Virus genome (UHGV): UHGV-0160852
Source of the DNA: a virus
Reading direction: 5' to 3' (one strand)
DNA: 16,276 nucleotides
In this document: positions 7,592 to 13,558 of the stretch, piece by piece
Position numbering within the stretch: position 1 is the first letter of the stretch
How the letters are laid out: each line of letters opens with the position of its first letter
Translations under genes and position numbers: made by a program
Notes under the pieces: model-generated
Databases searched by the model: none
What the model saw: the letters and a program-made list of their open reading frames with translations, nothing else
Told to the model about the DNA's origin: nothing

Positions 7592-8537
7592 GAGCGGTCC
7601 CCCTCATGCTGCCGACCAGCCCACCAGCAACGGTGATGATTTCGCTGGTGGGCACCCGCTCCAGCCACAACTGGTTAATGTGGGCCTTCAGCTTGTTCTG
7701 CTGGGAGAATTCCAGATCCCCTGCGCCTTGTACCTGTCCGAAGATGAGACCAACTTCCAGTGGCCAGATCCGGGATTCAGCCTCAGCTAATGATGCAACC
7801 GCATCGGGGATGATCACTTCAGGAGACTGAACTGGCGAAGCTGGTGGCAGGAATTTTGCTGCAGCAAACTCAGCCAAAGCCATACTTGCGCGCCCTTTCG
7901 CCTCAAGCTCTATACGATCGATATAGCTAAAGCGCTCTCCGCACCATGTCTTATCAAATATCACGATTGCACCAGCAAAGAAGGCGCTGGTGGGTTTCTG
8001 TTTATCATCCGCCGGCACAAACCAGGTCGGGAGATCGAAACCAATACGACCACGGATAAAACACACATGATCGGCATCTTCTGGCCACCATGTCTCGCTT
8101 GTCGCTGACTTCAGCAGGAAAACATAGCGCCCGCCCTTTTCTCGCTGCTCAGATGCATAACTCATGATGTGAGTCATGCCGGTGACTGCCTGTTTTTCGT
8201 GGTACTGAGAACGGCTATACGGTGGATTACCAAATCCTGCGCCACCAAGTTCTTCAAGGCGAGCGGACCAGTCCTGTGTTAAAGCGTTATCTTCAGCGGT
8301 ATACCATGCGGGGCATTTTGCATTGCTGTCGTCTGCAAACAGGTCCAGTACAAGCGGGCCAAACATAGCGTTAACGCCCCAGAACAGCAGATCAGGGGTA
8401 CGCCATTGATCCCCGACTTCTTTTAAATAATGCGCACTACGCTGGCGCTGTTCCTCAAGTGCCAGGCAATAAGGGCTGACGGTTTTTGTTAAAGTTTGCT
8501 CTTCTGCGGTCATAGCTTCTTGTACTTCCTGACTCAT
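7584..8537 (-). CDS. phage Dam-like DNA N6-adenine methyltransferase (NPPY motif) with C-terminal extension
   Basis: WRTPDLLFWGVNAMFGPLVLDLFADDSNAKCPAWYT and GFGNPPYSR match the phage N6-adenine methyltransferase (Dam) family; 8-bp overlap with the C5-MTase start. Confidence 0.8.
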   Translation of the reverse strand: MSQEVQEAMTAEEQTLTKTVSPYCLALEEQRQRSAHYLKEVGDQWRTPDLLFWGVNAMFGPLVLDLFADDSNAKCPAWYTAEDNALTQDWSARLEELGGAGFGNPPYSRSQYHEKQAVTGMTHIMSYASEQREKGGRYVFLLKSATSETWWPEDADHVCFIRGRIGFDLPTWFVPADDKQKPTSAFFAGAIVIFDKTWCGERFSYIDRIELEAKGRASMALAEFAAAKFLPPASPVQSPEVIIPDAVASLAEAESRIWPLEVGLIFGQVQGAGDLEFSQQNKLKAHINQLWLERVPTSEIITVAGGLVGSMRGTAHA

Positions 8538-8728
8538 AGTTTTCCCCTGCGCTGATCAGCATCAACAAGTGCTCTCAGTAACCAGTAACGGCGATCAAAG
8601 CTGAAAAGGTCATTTCTGAGGAGTGCATATTTTCTGCGAAAAATAACGTCGTGCTGCCACCAGTAACGCCAGTGATGCAAACGCACAAGGCGCCGGAGAC
8701 TTATCAAAACCTTCTTCAATCGGAGCAC
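8534..8728 (-). CDS. possible small Arg/Trp-rich ORF (64 aa)
   Basis: Fills the gap between the PerC-like and Dam-like genes with an ATGA overlap, but the composition is unusual and there is no family support. Confidence 0.25.
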   Translation of the reverse strand: MLRLKKVLISLRRLVRLHHWRYWWQHDVIFRRKYALLRNDLFSFDRRYWLLRALVDADQRRGKL

Positions 8729-9174
8729 AAGTCACCTCCACAGTAATTTCCGGCCAGATAGCATGACCCGGCGGAATCATTCATGTTTCTGGCGTTTCGA
8801 ACAGAAGCATTCTTAAGACGCAGGTATCGCTCTCTTGCTTTAGCCGTACAGTTGCTGTCACAAAGTTGCTGCCATACCGTCGCCGCACGGCGGTAATAGC
8901 GTTTCTCTTCCAGCTTTTTGGCTGTCGCTTCAAGGGCAAGAATCTCCCCCGAAAGCCCACCAGGCAGGTACTCTTCAATATCGATGGATCCCGCTACGAA
9001 GTAGATAAACCCACCAGTAACTTCAACGCTGGCAAGTTCCCCGTCGTAGTAAAGGCGATGAACAGCGCTCTTCACTGTTACCGGTTTGGTTCCAGGAAAT
9101 GCAGCAGTGATATCGCGCAGCATTTTGCCGGGATTCTTCTCAATAAATTCAAAGATCGACTTGGCTATGTTCAT
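8716..9174 (-). CDS. PerC-like transcriptional regulator (N-terminal winged-helix-like segment)
   Basis: Segment AKKLEEKRYYRRAATVWQQL resembles the conserved RRAA-x-x-W core I recall for the PerC/Pch family; ATGA overlap with the replication gene stop. Confidence 0.55.
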   Translation of the reverse strand: MNIAKSIFEFIEKNPGKMLRDITAAFPGTKPVTVKSAVHRLYYDGELASVEVTGGFIYFVAGSIDIEEYLPGGLSGEILALEATAKKLEEKRYYRRAATVWQQLCDSNCTAKARERYLRLKNASVRNARNMNDSAGSCYLAGNYCGGDLCSD

Positions 9175-10082
9175 CCCCGGAACCCCCGTGGAATTGTGGT
9201 TTGTACTGGACTAATTGAATTAACATCCCGCGGTCTGGTTTTGTCCCACGACTCCCTTGGCGGGCGGCCTTTAGCATCCCAGCGGATAGCGCTTTGCAGA
9301 TATCCCTCGAATTTTTTAGGGCCGAAAAGTGTCTCGGGTCGCATGTACTGGTATTGCTCGTCGTTGCCATGCCAGTGCTCATGCTTGACGTCGATTACCA
9401 GTTTCAAGTCGCTAACGGTATGACCTTCGCGGAGGCGGGCGCGAATGTTCTCCAGTGAGGTCTTAGATTTCTGGTAACGGGAACCGCTGACCAGATTCAG
9501 GTGTGCCAGAACTTCGATCGCGTTATCGGTAATAACAACTTCATGATCCGGCTTATCGTCGGGTTCCGCTGGAGCCCGACAAGAAGGTTTTTTAGATGAC
9601 GGATCTAATGACGGATCTAATGACGGATCGCCTTCAACCATTGAGGGGTCCTCCCGCAATATTTGAGGGGGTACAGACCCATTATTTGAGGCATCAGAAT
9701 TTGACCCCTCAAATTTTGAACCCTCAAATTCTGAGGCATCAAATTTTGATTGTTCACGTGGCGTTGCGTAGAAGATTTTTGCTTCAGCTGCTGCACGTTC
9801 AAGCATGTCCACATTGAGTTTATAAACGTTCGAATTATTCTTTCCGCCAACGCGCCGTTCCTGCTTCTTCAGCCAGCCTTTAGCCTGAAGCTTTTTGATA
9901 GCGCTGCGGACAGTATTCTCGCTCTTGGCGCCGATCTGTCGCTGAATAGTGGTTACCGCTGGCCATGACACCCCTTCGTCATTACTGAAGTCTGCCAGGC
10001 GAGCCATGACCGCTATTTCAGAGATTATCAGCCCTTTGAAAGCGCATGCTTCCCATACGAGGCCGTGTAATTTACTGCTCAT
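9171..10082 (-). CDS. replication initiator / replisome organizer (O-like: N-terminal HTH, repeat-encoded linker, conserved phage C-terminal domain)
   Basis: N-terminal winged-helix region (VSWPAVTTIQRQIGAKSENTVRSAIKKLQAKGWL), low-complexity linker (SKFDASEFEGSKFEGS...DPSLDPSLDPSS) encoded by DNA repeats, and a C-terminal block (NLVSGSRYQKSKTSLENIRARLREGHTVSDLKLVIDVKHEHW) typical of phage replication proteins. Sits in the lambda O position after cro and the cII-position gene. Confidence 0.85.
   Translation of the reverse strand: MSSKLHGLVWEACAFKGLIISEIAVMARLADFSNDEGVSWPAVTTIQRQIGAKSENTVRSAIKKLQAKGWLKKQERRVGGKNNSNVYKLNVDMLERAAAEAKIFYATPREQSKFDASEFEGSKFEGSNSDASNNGSVPPQILREDPSMVEGDPSLDPSLDPSSKKPSCRAPAEPDDKPDHEVVITDNAIEVLAHLNLVSGSRYQKSKTSLENIRARLREGHTVSDLKLVIDVKHEHWHGNDEQYQYMRPETLFGPKKFEGYLQSAIRWDAKGRPPRESWDKTRPRDVNSISPVQTTIPRGFRG
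9596..9750. repeat. candidate origin of replication: GATC-bearing 12-bp tandem repeats plus direct and inverted ATTTGAGG iterons inside the O-like gene
   Basis: About 2.9 copies of GACGGATCTAAT at 9598-9630 (three GATC sites); ATTTGAGGGGG, ATTTGAGGCATCAGAATTTGA, then inverted CCCCTCAAATTTTGAA and CCCTCAAATTCTGAGGCATCAAATTTTGA at 9661-9749. Same placement as ori-lambda in the interdomain linker of O. Confidence 0.6.
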
Positions 10083-10091
10083 GGCTGCCCT

Positions 10092-10418
10092 CTACTTCCC
10101 TGAACTTGCGTTGAAACTGATCGAGTGGGCTAAAGCACTCGTGGGAATAGCCTTCCCGCAGGTAGATGACGCGACGTGTCTCAGACTCCCAGCGGATAAC
10201 TCTGACTGGATTGCCATAGTGGTCTTTGAACTTCCGGTTAACTTCTCGCATAGCGCTTTAGCCCTCCGGTTAAAGACCCCCACAACTCCGCGTGCCCGAC
10301 TGTGGTTACACTCGACCCATTTACCGCATACCATGCGCTCATACCGAAACGACGAAACGCCCGGGATCGGGTACATCCGTAGTTGCGGTAATTGAAGATT
10401 TACGATTAAATTGCTCAT
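10092..10418 (-). CDS. hypothetical protein between the cII-position gene and the replication gene (gene model unresolved)
   Basis: Only open frame covering 10252-10418 on the minus strand (ATG at 10418, MSNLIVNL...). Its C-terminal third is Ser/Thr/Ala-rich and overlaps an alternative 59-aa ORF (10072..10251, MREVNRKFKDHYGNPVRVIRWESETRRVIYLREGYSHECFSPLDQFQRKFREVEGSHEQ) that looks more protein-like. Confidence 0.35.
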   Translation of the reverse strand: MSNLIVNLQLPQLRMYPIPGVSSFRYERMVCGKWVECNHSRARGVVGVFNRRAKALCEKLTGSSKTTMAIQSELSAGSLRHVASSTCGKAIPTSALAHSISFNASSGK

Positions 10419-10423
10419 GCGGA

Positions 10424-10975
10424 TTATTTCTCCATACACAAAGATTTATTCGCCACGACGCCCGGAGCTGCACACTCGCGGGCGTCACTCTTTTCTGGCT
10501 GACAAAAGACACGGAACAGTAACGTTAAATGTTCCTGCCATTTCGCCATCACCTGATAGCTGTTCTCCTCAATTTGCTCGCGTTCTGCCTGGTCAATTAC
10601 CCCATCAGCTGTAGCTTTACGCAGGTACTGCGAGTGTTTTCCTATCCACTCAATGGACTCCATAAGACGCTGGTTAATATCTGCGTTGTCCACGTCTTCA
10701 ATATCTGCCAACGGAACAAAAACGCCGTTCGAGTGACGCGCTATAGCATTGGCAATATGATTTGACCCACCAGCACGCTGCAGCACCATTGCCCAGCCGA
10801 GAGGGAAAATCTGATCACCATCGGCACGTAAACGGTTAAACAATGCGTTTTCAGTAACGCCCAGCCACTCCGCAGCTTCCACGTAACCACCGTCCAAATC
10901 AGTGATAGTTTTTTTGATAGCGGCCACCAGCCATGCCGGCTGCTTATCTACTTTCCATTCAGGTTCGATACCCAC
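10424..10975 (-). CDS. cII-position regulatory protein (possible CII/CP76- or YdaT-like), HTH-like segment
   Basis: 183-aa ORF between cro and the replication gene; GTG start at 10975 with AAGGGG 6 nt upstream; segment AAEWLGVTENALFNRL is HTH-like. Family assignment is by position and size only. Confidence 0.6.
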   Translation of the reverse strand: MGIEPEWKVDKQPAWLVAAIKKTITDLDGGYVEAAEWLGVTENALFNRLRADGDQIFPLGWAMVLQRAGGSNHIANAIARHSNGVFVPLADIEDVDNADINQRLMESIEWIGKHSQYLRKATADGVIDQAEREQIEENSYQVMAKWQEHLTLLFRVFCQPEKSDARECAAPGVVANKSLCMEK

Positions 10976-11019
10976 GGCTTACCCCTTACTTCTGTGGTTA
11001 ATGCACCCCAAAACAATTG

Positions 11020-11220
11020 TTATTGTTTGGAATAGATATCAGGTCGAAGCTCATACTTGGTGATCGCGCCCGAGGTGTTTTTTTCCAGTTTTTTAGCCAG
11101 ATCAAACCCGGCTTTTTTGTAACCGTTGAAAACCAGACGTAGATAACCGGGAGTAGACCCAACCTTTTCAGCTAATGTGCTCTGTTGCTCTTTGGTTAAT
11201 GAATCCCAGAATTCTTTCAT
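11020..11220 (-). CDS. cro: Cro-like / YdaS-family HTH repressor
   Basis: 66 aa from the ATG at 11220 with AGGAGG 8 nt upstream; LAEKVGSTPGYLRLVFNGYKKAGFDLAKKLEKNTSGAITKYELRPDIY is a Cro/YdaS-type HTH; transcribed divergently from the repressor gene. Confidence 0.8.
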   Translation of the reverse strand: MKEFWDSLTKEQQSTLAEKVGSTPGYLRLVFNGYKKAGFDLAKKLEKNTSGAITKYELRPDIYSKQ

Positions 11221-11223
11221 GTA

Positions 11224-11301
11224 TGTACCTCCTGTGTACATATTACACGAAAGCAATGAACCTTCAAGGTACTTGTACCTTTAAGGTACATGCGGTTAAA
11301 T
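11224..11301. promoter_or_regulatory. OR-like operator/promoter region: three 17-bp TGTACC-N5-GGTACA-type operators with divergent PR and PRM
   Basis: Operators TGTACCTCCTGTGTACA (11224-11240), TGAACCTTCAAGGTACT (11257-11273) and perfect TGTACCTTTAAGGTACA (11274-11290). Minus-strand PR: -35 TTGAAG, 16-bp spacer, -10 TAATAT, then the cro SD. Plus-strand PRM: -35 TTGTAC (11273-11278), 17-bp spacer, -10 TTAAAT (11296-11301), implying a leaderless cI mRNA starting at the ATG at 11308. Confidence 0.7.
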
Positions 11302-11307
11302 TTCAAT

Positions 11308-11982
11308 ATGAAAACAATCCAGGAAATCAGGCGGTTAAACGCCAGAAAATTGCGCGATGGTGTAGGCGGGAATATCTTCTTCGCCAACATGATTGATCGT
11401 GAGCCGACTCAAACAAGCCGGTTCATGGGTGACGGTGCGACAAAGAACATTGGTGATGCTATGGCAAGACACATTGAAAAATGTTTCGACTTGCCAACTG
11501 GTTGGTTAGATCAGGAGCACCAAACTACCAATGTAGCTAAAACTCCTGACGTCTCTGATACAAGCAGGGACATCACCATGGTTCCGGTAATATCCTGGGT
11601 ACAAGCAGGAGCATGGACAGAAGCTGGCTATGCTGAGGTTGATTTGAATAGTACAGAAAACTATCCCTGTCCTGTCCCCTGTGGGCCAATGACATATATT
11701 CTTCGTGTTATTGGTGATTCAATGATCGATGAATACAGGCCTGGAGATATGATTTTTGTTGATCCAGAGATAGCTGCAGTACACGGAGATGATGTCATTG
11801 CATTGATGCATGATTCTGGTGAGACGACATTTAAGCGGCTTATTGAGGATGCAGGACAACGTTACCTTAAAGCTCTGAACTCGAACTGGCCAGAGCCGTA
11901 CATTAAAATTAATGGCAATTGTTCAATTATTGGTACTGTGATTTTTTCTGGTAAACCCAGGCGGTATAGAACAAAAATTTGA
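11308..11982 (+). CDS. cI: CI-like prophage repressor with C-terminal S24 (LexA-like) autopeptidase domain
   Basis: C-terminal RVIGDSMIDEYRPGDMIFVDP (catalytic Ser in GDSM) and ETTFKRL (Lys) are the S24 dyad; divergent from cro across operators. Start at 11308 preferred (leaderless from PRM); track start at 11290 lies inside an operator. Confidence 0.9.
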   Translation: MKTIQEIRRLNARKLRDGVGGNIFFANMIDREPTQTSRFMGDGATKNIGDAMARHIEKCFDLPTGWLDQEHQTTNVAKTPDVSDTSRDITMVPVISWVQAGAWTEAGYAEVDLNSTENYPCPVPCGPMTYILRVIGDSMIDEYRPGDMIFVDPEIAAVHGDDVIALMHDSGETTFKRLIEDAGQRYLKALNSNWPEPYIKINGNCSIIGTVIFSGKPRRYRTKI

Positions 11983-11996
11983 CCGTTAACAACAGA

Positions 11997-12019
11997 CCTG
12001 CTTCGGCAGGTTTTTTTAT
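11997..12019 (+). terminator. rho-independent terminator after the repressor gene
   Basis: Stem ACCTGC / GCAGGT with TTCG tetraloop followed by TTTTTTT, 15 bp after the cI stop. Confidence 0.8.
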
Positions 12020-12022
12020 ACT

Positions 12023-12056
12023 TGACAATGTACCCATTCGGTACATAATGTACCTA
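12023..12056 (+). promoter_or_regulatory. PL-like early promoter with OL operator: -35 TTGACA, 16-bp spacer, -10 CATAAT, overlapped by TGTACCCATTCGGTACA
   Basis: Near-consensus sigma70 hexamers at 12023-12028 and 12045-12050; the 17-bp palindrome at 12030-12046 has the same TGTACC-N5-GGTACA architecture as the OR sites, plus an extra GTACC half-site at 12051-12055. Confidence 0.65.
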
Positions 12057-12117
12057 AAAGAAACAGCGGACAGGTAGGATGATTCGCTAAGCAACATACC
12101 AGTAGAGGTATCTCAAG

Positions 12118-12207
12118 ATGGACAAAGCATACGAAGAATATTTTGAAGGTCTGGCGGAAGGTGAAGAAGCTCTGAGCTATGCCGAATTCGTCGAAGCACT
12201 TTCCTAA
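12118..12207 (+). CDS. possible 29-aa acidic peptide (MDKAYEEYFEGLAEGEEALSYAEFVEALS)
   Basis: First ATG after the predicted PL start site, with AGAGGT about 9 nt upstream; below the ORF-track length cutoff. No family support. Confidence 0.2.
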   Translation: MDKAYEEYFEGLAEGEEALSYAEFVEALS

Positions 12208-12921
12208 ACATGGCGAAAGCCGACAGCGTTGAAGGCGATTTTCTCGGTTTGCGCGCTAAACAATAGCGGGGGTGAAATCGGGGCGGAGAAGCAGAATCCG
12301 CGATGTCGGGACTTGATACTTCCGGCCATACCAACAAGCCGAATGATCGCGTAACGATCCTTTGCATCTGCCCCGGCGAGGTGGCGCCGCCGGACCGGGG
12401 TAGATGAATCGTAAACAACATGAAAGCGCATTCCATCTTCCATCGGTCGTGGGGATCGGTTTGTAACTGAAGGAGTGCGCTTCCAGTTGTGAACGGCAAT
12501 ATTCACAACCGTTGTATGGCACATGCAGCGTTAGCAGCCCGGATGGTTCCCTTGAAGTTCCATGCGCTATCCGGACAACTGGAATGTGCAAGCCAAGTGT
12601 TTCAGGCACGACGTGCGCCCCACCAGCGCGGCGAAATGGTGTGACGCCCGGGAAGAGTCCGGGACACAACAGGTAAGAGCACTCCCGCCACACGATGCTG
12701 AAACCCAAGCGCCATGTGGATGCGCCGAAAAGCTACGACGGGGCGTTGGTAGAAGATCGGAGTGCTCTTTCCGTTGTGGTAATTGCGGCTATGCGCACGT
12801 GACGAGCTAACCCGTTCATGGAATGCGTTTCCGGGCAGTGTGACGTCGTCGGTTATTGGCTAAACCCGGCAGGTGGAGGCACCACCGCCACAACTTAGTT
12901 AACTGTGCTGTGTGTAGTCTT

Positions 12922-12991
12922 GGCGGTTATCCAGTTTTCCACTATCCAAAGGAGGAAGAGGATAACGTTCTGATGGATAACCGCCCTTTTT
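12922..12991 (+). terminator. long hairpin (11-bp stem GGCGGTTATCC / GGATAACCGCC) followed by CTTTTT; possible attenuator
   Basis: Perfect 11-bp inverted repeat with a ~42-nt loop; the loop holds a second copy of GGATAACG that could pair with the 5' arm instead, giving mutually exclusive structures. Confidence 0.35.
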
Positions 12992-13096
12992 ACACAATAC
13001 AAAAGAGCATCACCGGGCGACGGGCTCATTACCCAATCCACCCGGGCGGCATCCAAACCGCAGGTGCTCTTCTGTGTTGTGTACGGAGAAATTCCC

Positions 13097-13115
13097 GGCG
13101 GTGGCAGCCGCCTTT
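13097..13115 (+). terminator. short GC hairpin (GGCGG-TG / GGCA tetraloop) followed by TTT, about 15 nt upstream of the first early gene
   Basis: 6-bp G/C stem with only three trailing T; a weak terminator or structural element overlapping the approach to the gene's ribosome-binding site. Confidence 0.3.
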
Positions 13116-13130
13116 CGAGAGGGTAAAACC

Positions 13131-13502
13131 ATGAGTAATGATCGCATGACAGTCGTGCCCGATTTCCTGGGTGAACTGGACGCCGGCGTATTCATGAACA
13201 AGATTGCGGCGGCTCTTAATACCACCGCGCTCGGCGTTCTGAACAATGGCAACAAAGGCAAGGTTGTCCTCACCTTTGATTTTGAGCGTATGGGCAACTC
13301 TGTTGAAGAGAAGCGCGTCAAGATCAAGCACAAGCTGAACTACAGCACCCCAACTCCCCGCGGCAAAGCGTCGGAAGAGGACACCACCGAAACACCAATG
13401 TGGGTTAACAAAGGCGGCAAGCTCACAATCCTGCAAGAGGATCAGGGGCAACTCTTCGGTATCACCGGCGCGGTGGACGGAAAGCTTAAAGCGGCTCAGT
13501 GA
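13131..13502 (+). CDS. hypothetical early protein (123 aa), first gene of the PL operon
   Basis: ATG at 13131 with GAGAGGG 7 nt upstream; protein-like composition. Size and position resemble yfdP of the E. coli CPS-53 prophage, from memory only. Confidence 0.75.
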   Translation: MSNDRMTVVPDFLGELDAGVFMNKIAAALNTTALGVLNNGNKGKVVLTFDFERMGNSVEEKRVKIKHKLNYSTPTPRGKASEEDTTETPMWVNKGGKLTILQEDQGQLFGITGAVDGKLKAAQ

Positions 13503-13558
13503 ACCGCACGTACAAATTCACTGATACCACTTCGCTAATCAGTTAATAAGGAATTTTT

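Larger units (their letters stand above)
12057..13130 (+). other. ORF-poor ~1.07-kb leader of the PL transcript; candidate large structured or regulatory RNA
   Basis: No frame on either strand gives a protein-like ORF (track ORFs here overlap in all three minus frames with Arg/Pro/Cys/Trp-rich translations). The region lies between a repressor-controlled promoter and the first early gene, looks GC-rich by eye, and contains several strong hairpins. Confidence 0.35.

Noticed and set aside
5301-7830. Assorted 60-150-aa ORFs on both strands inside the two methyltransferase genes
   Set aside because: They are embedded in the C5-MTase and Dam-like reading frames, which have canonical catalytic motifs; the alternative frames have no features and odd composition.
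8866-10395. Plus-strand ORFs 8866..9423, 9596..9817, 9750..9968, 9949..10395 and minus-strand 8781..8978, 9149..9382, 9617..9850
   Set aside because: Antisense or out-of-frame relative to the PerC-like and replication initiator genes; several are artefacts of the iteron repeats (for example MTDLMTDLMTD from the 12-bp tandem repeat).
12200-12760. Possible RNase P (M1) RNA, tmRNA or rRNA fragment in the ORF-poor region
   Set aside because: Short matches such as GGTAAGAGC and TAGATGAATC recall M1 RNA, but the surrounding sequence does not follow the M1 RNA order or its conserved regions, and no tmRNA tag-peptide reading frame or rRNA signature is present.
12057-13130. Group II intron or retron ncRNA in the leader
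   Set aside because: A GTGCG pentamer exists at about 12474, but I could not find a domain-V-like hairpin, there is no reverse transcriptase or maturase gene anywhere in the window, and no interrupted host gene is apparent.
12113-13134. Track ORFs 12113..12499, 12204..12524, 12256..12708 (minus) and 12562..12810, 12856..13134 (plus)
   Set aside because: Three minus-strand ORFs overlap each other in all three frames and all five translations are Arg/Pro/Cys/Trp-rich without motifs, which is the pattern of GC-rich non-coding DNA. I therefore treated the region as non-coding RNA or leader; a frameshifted pseudogene is not fully excluded.
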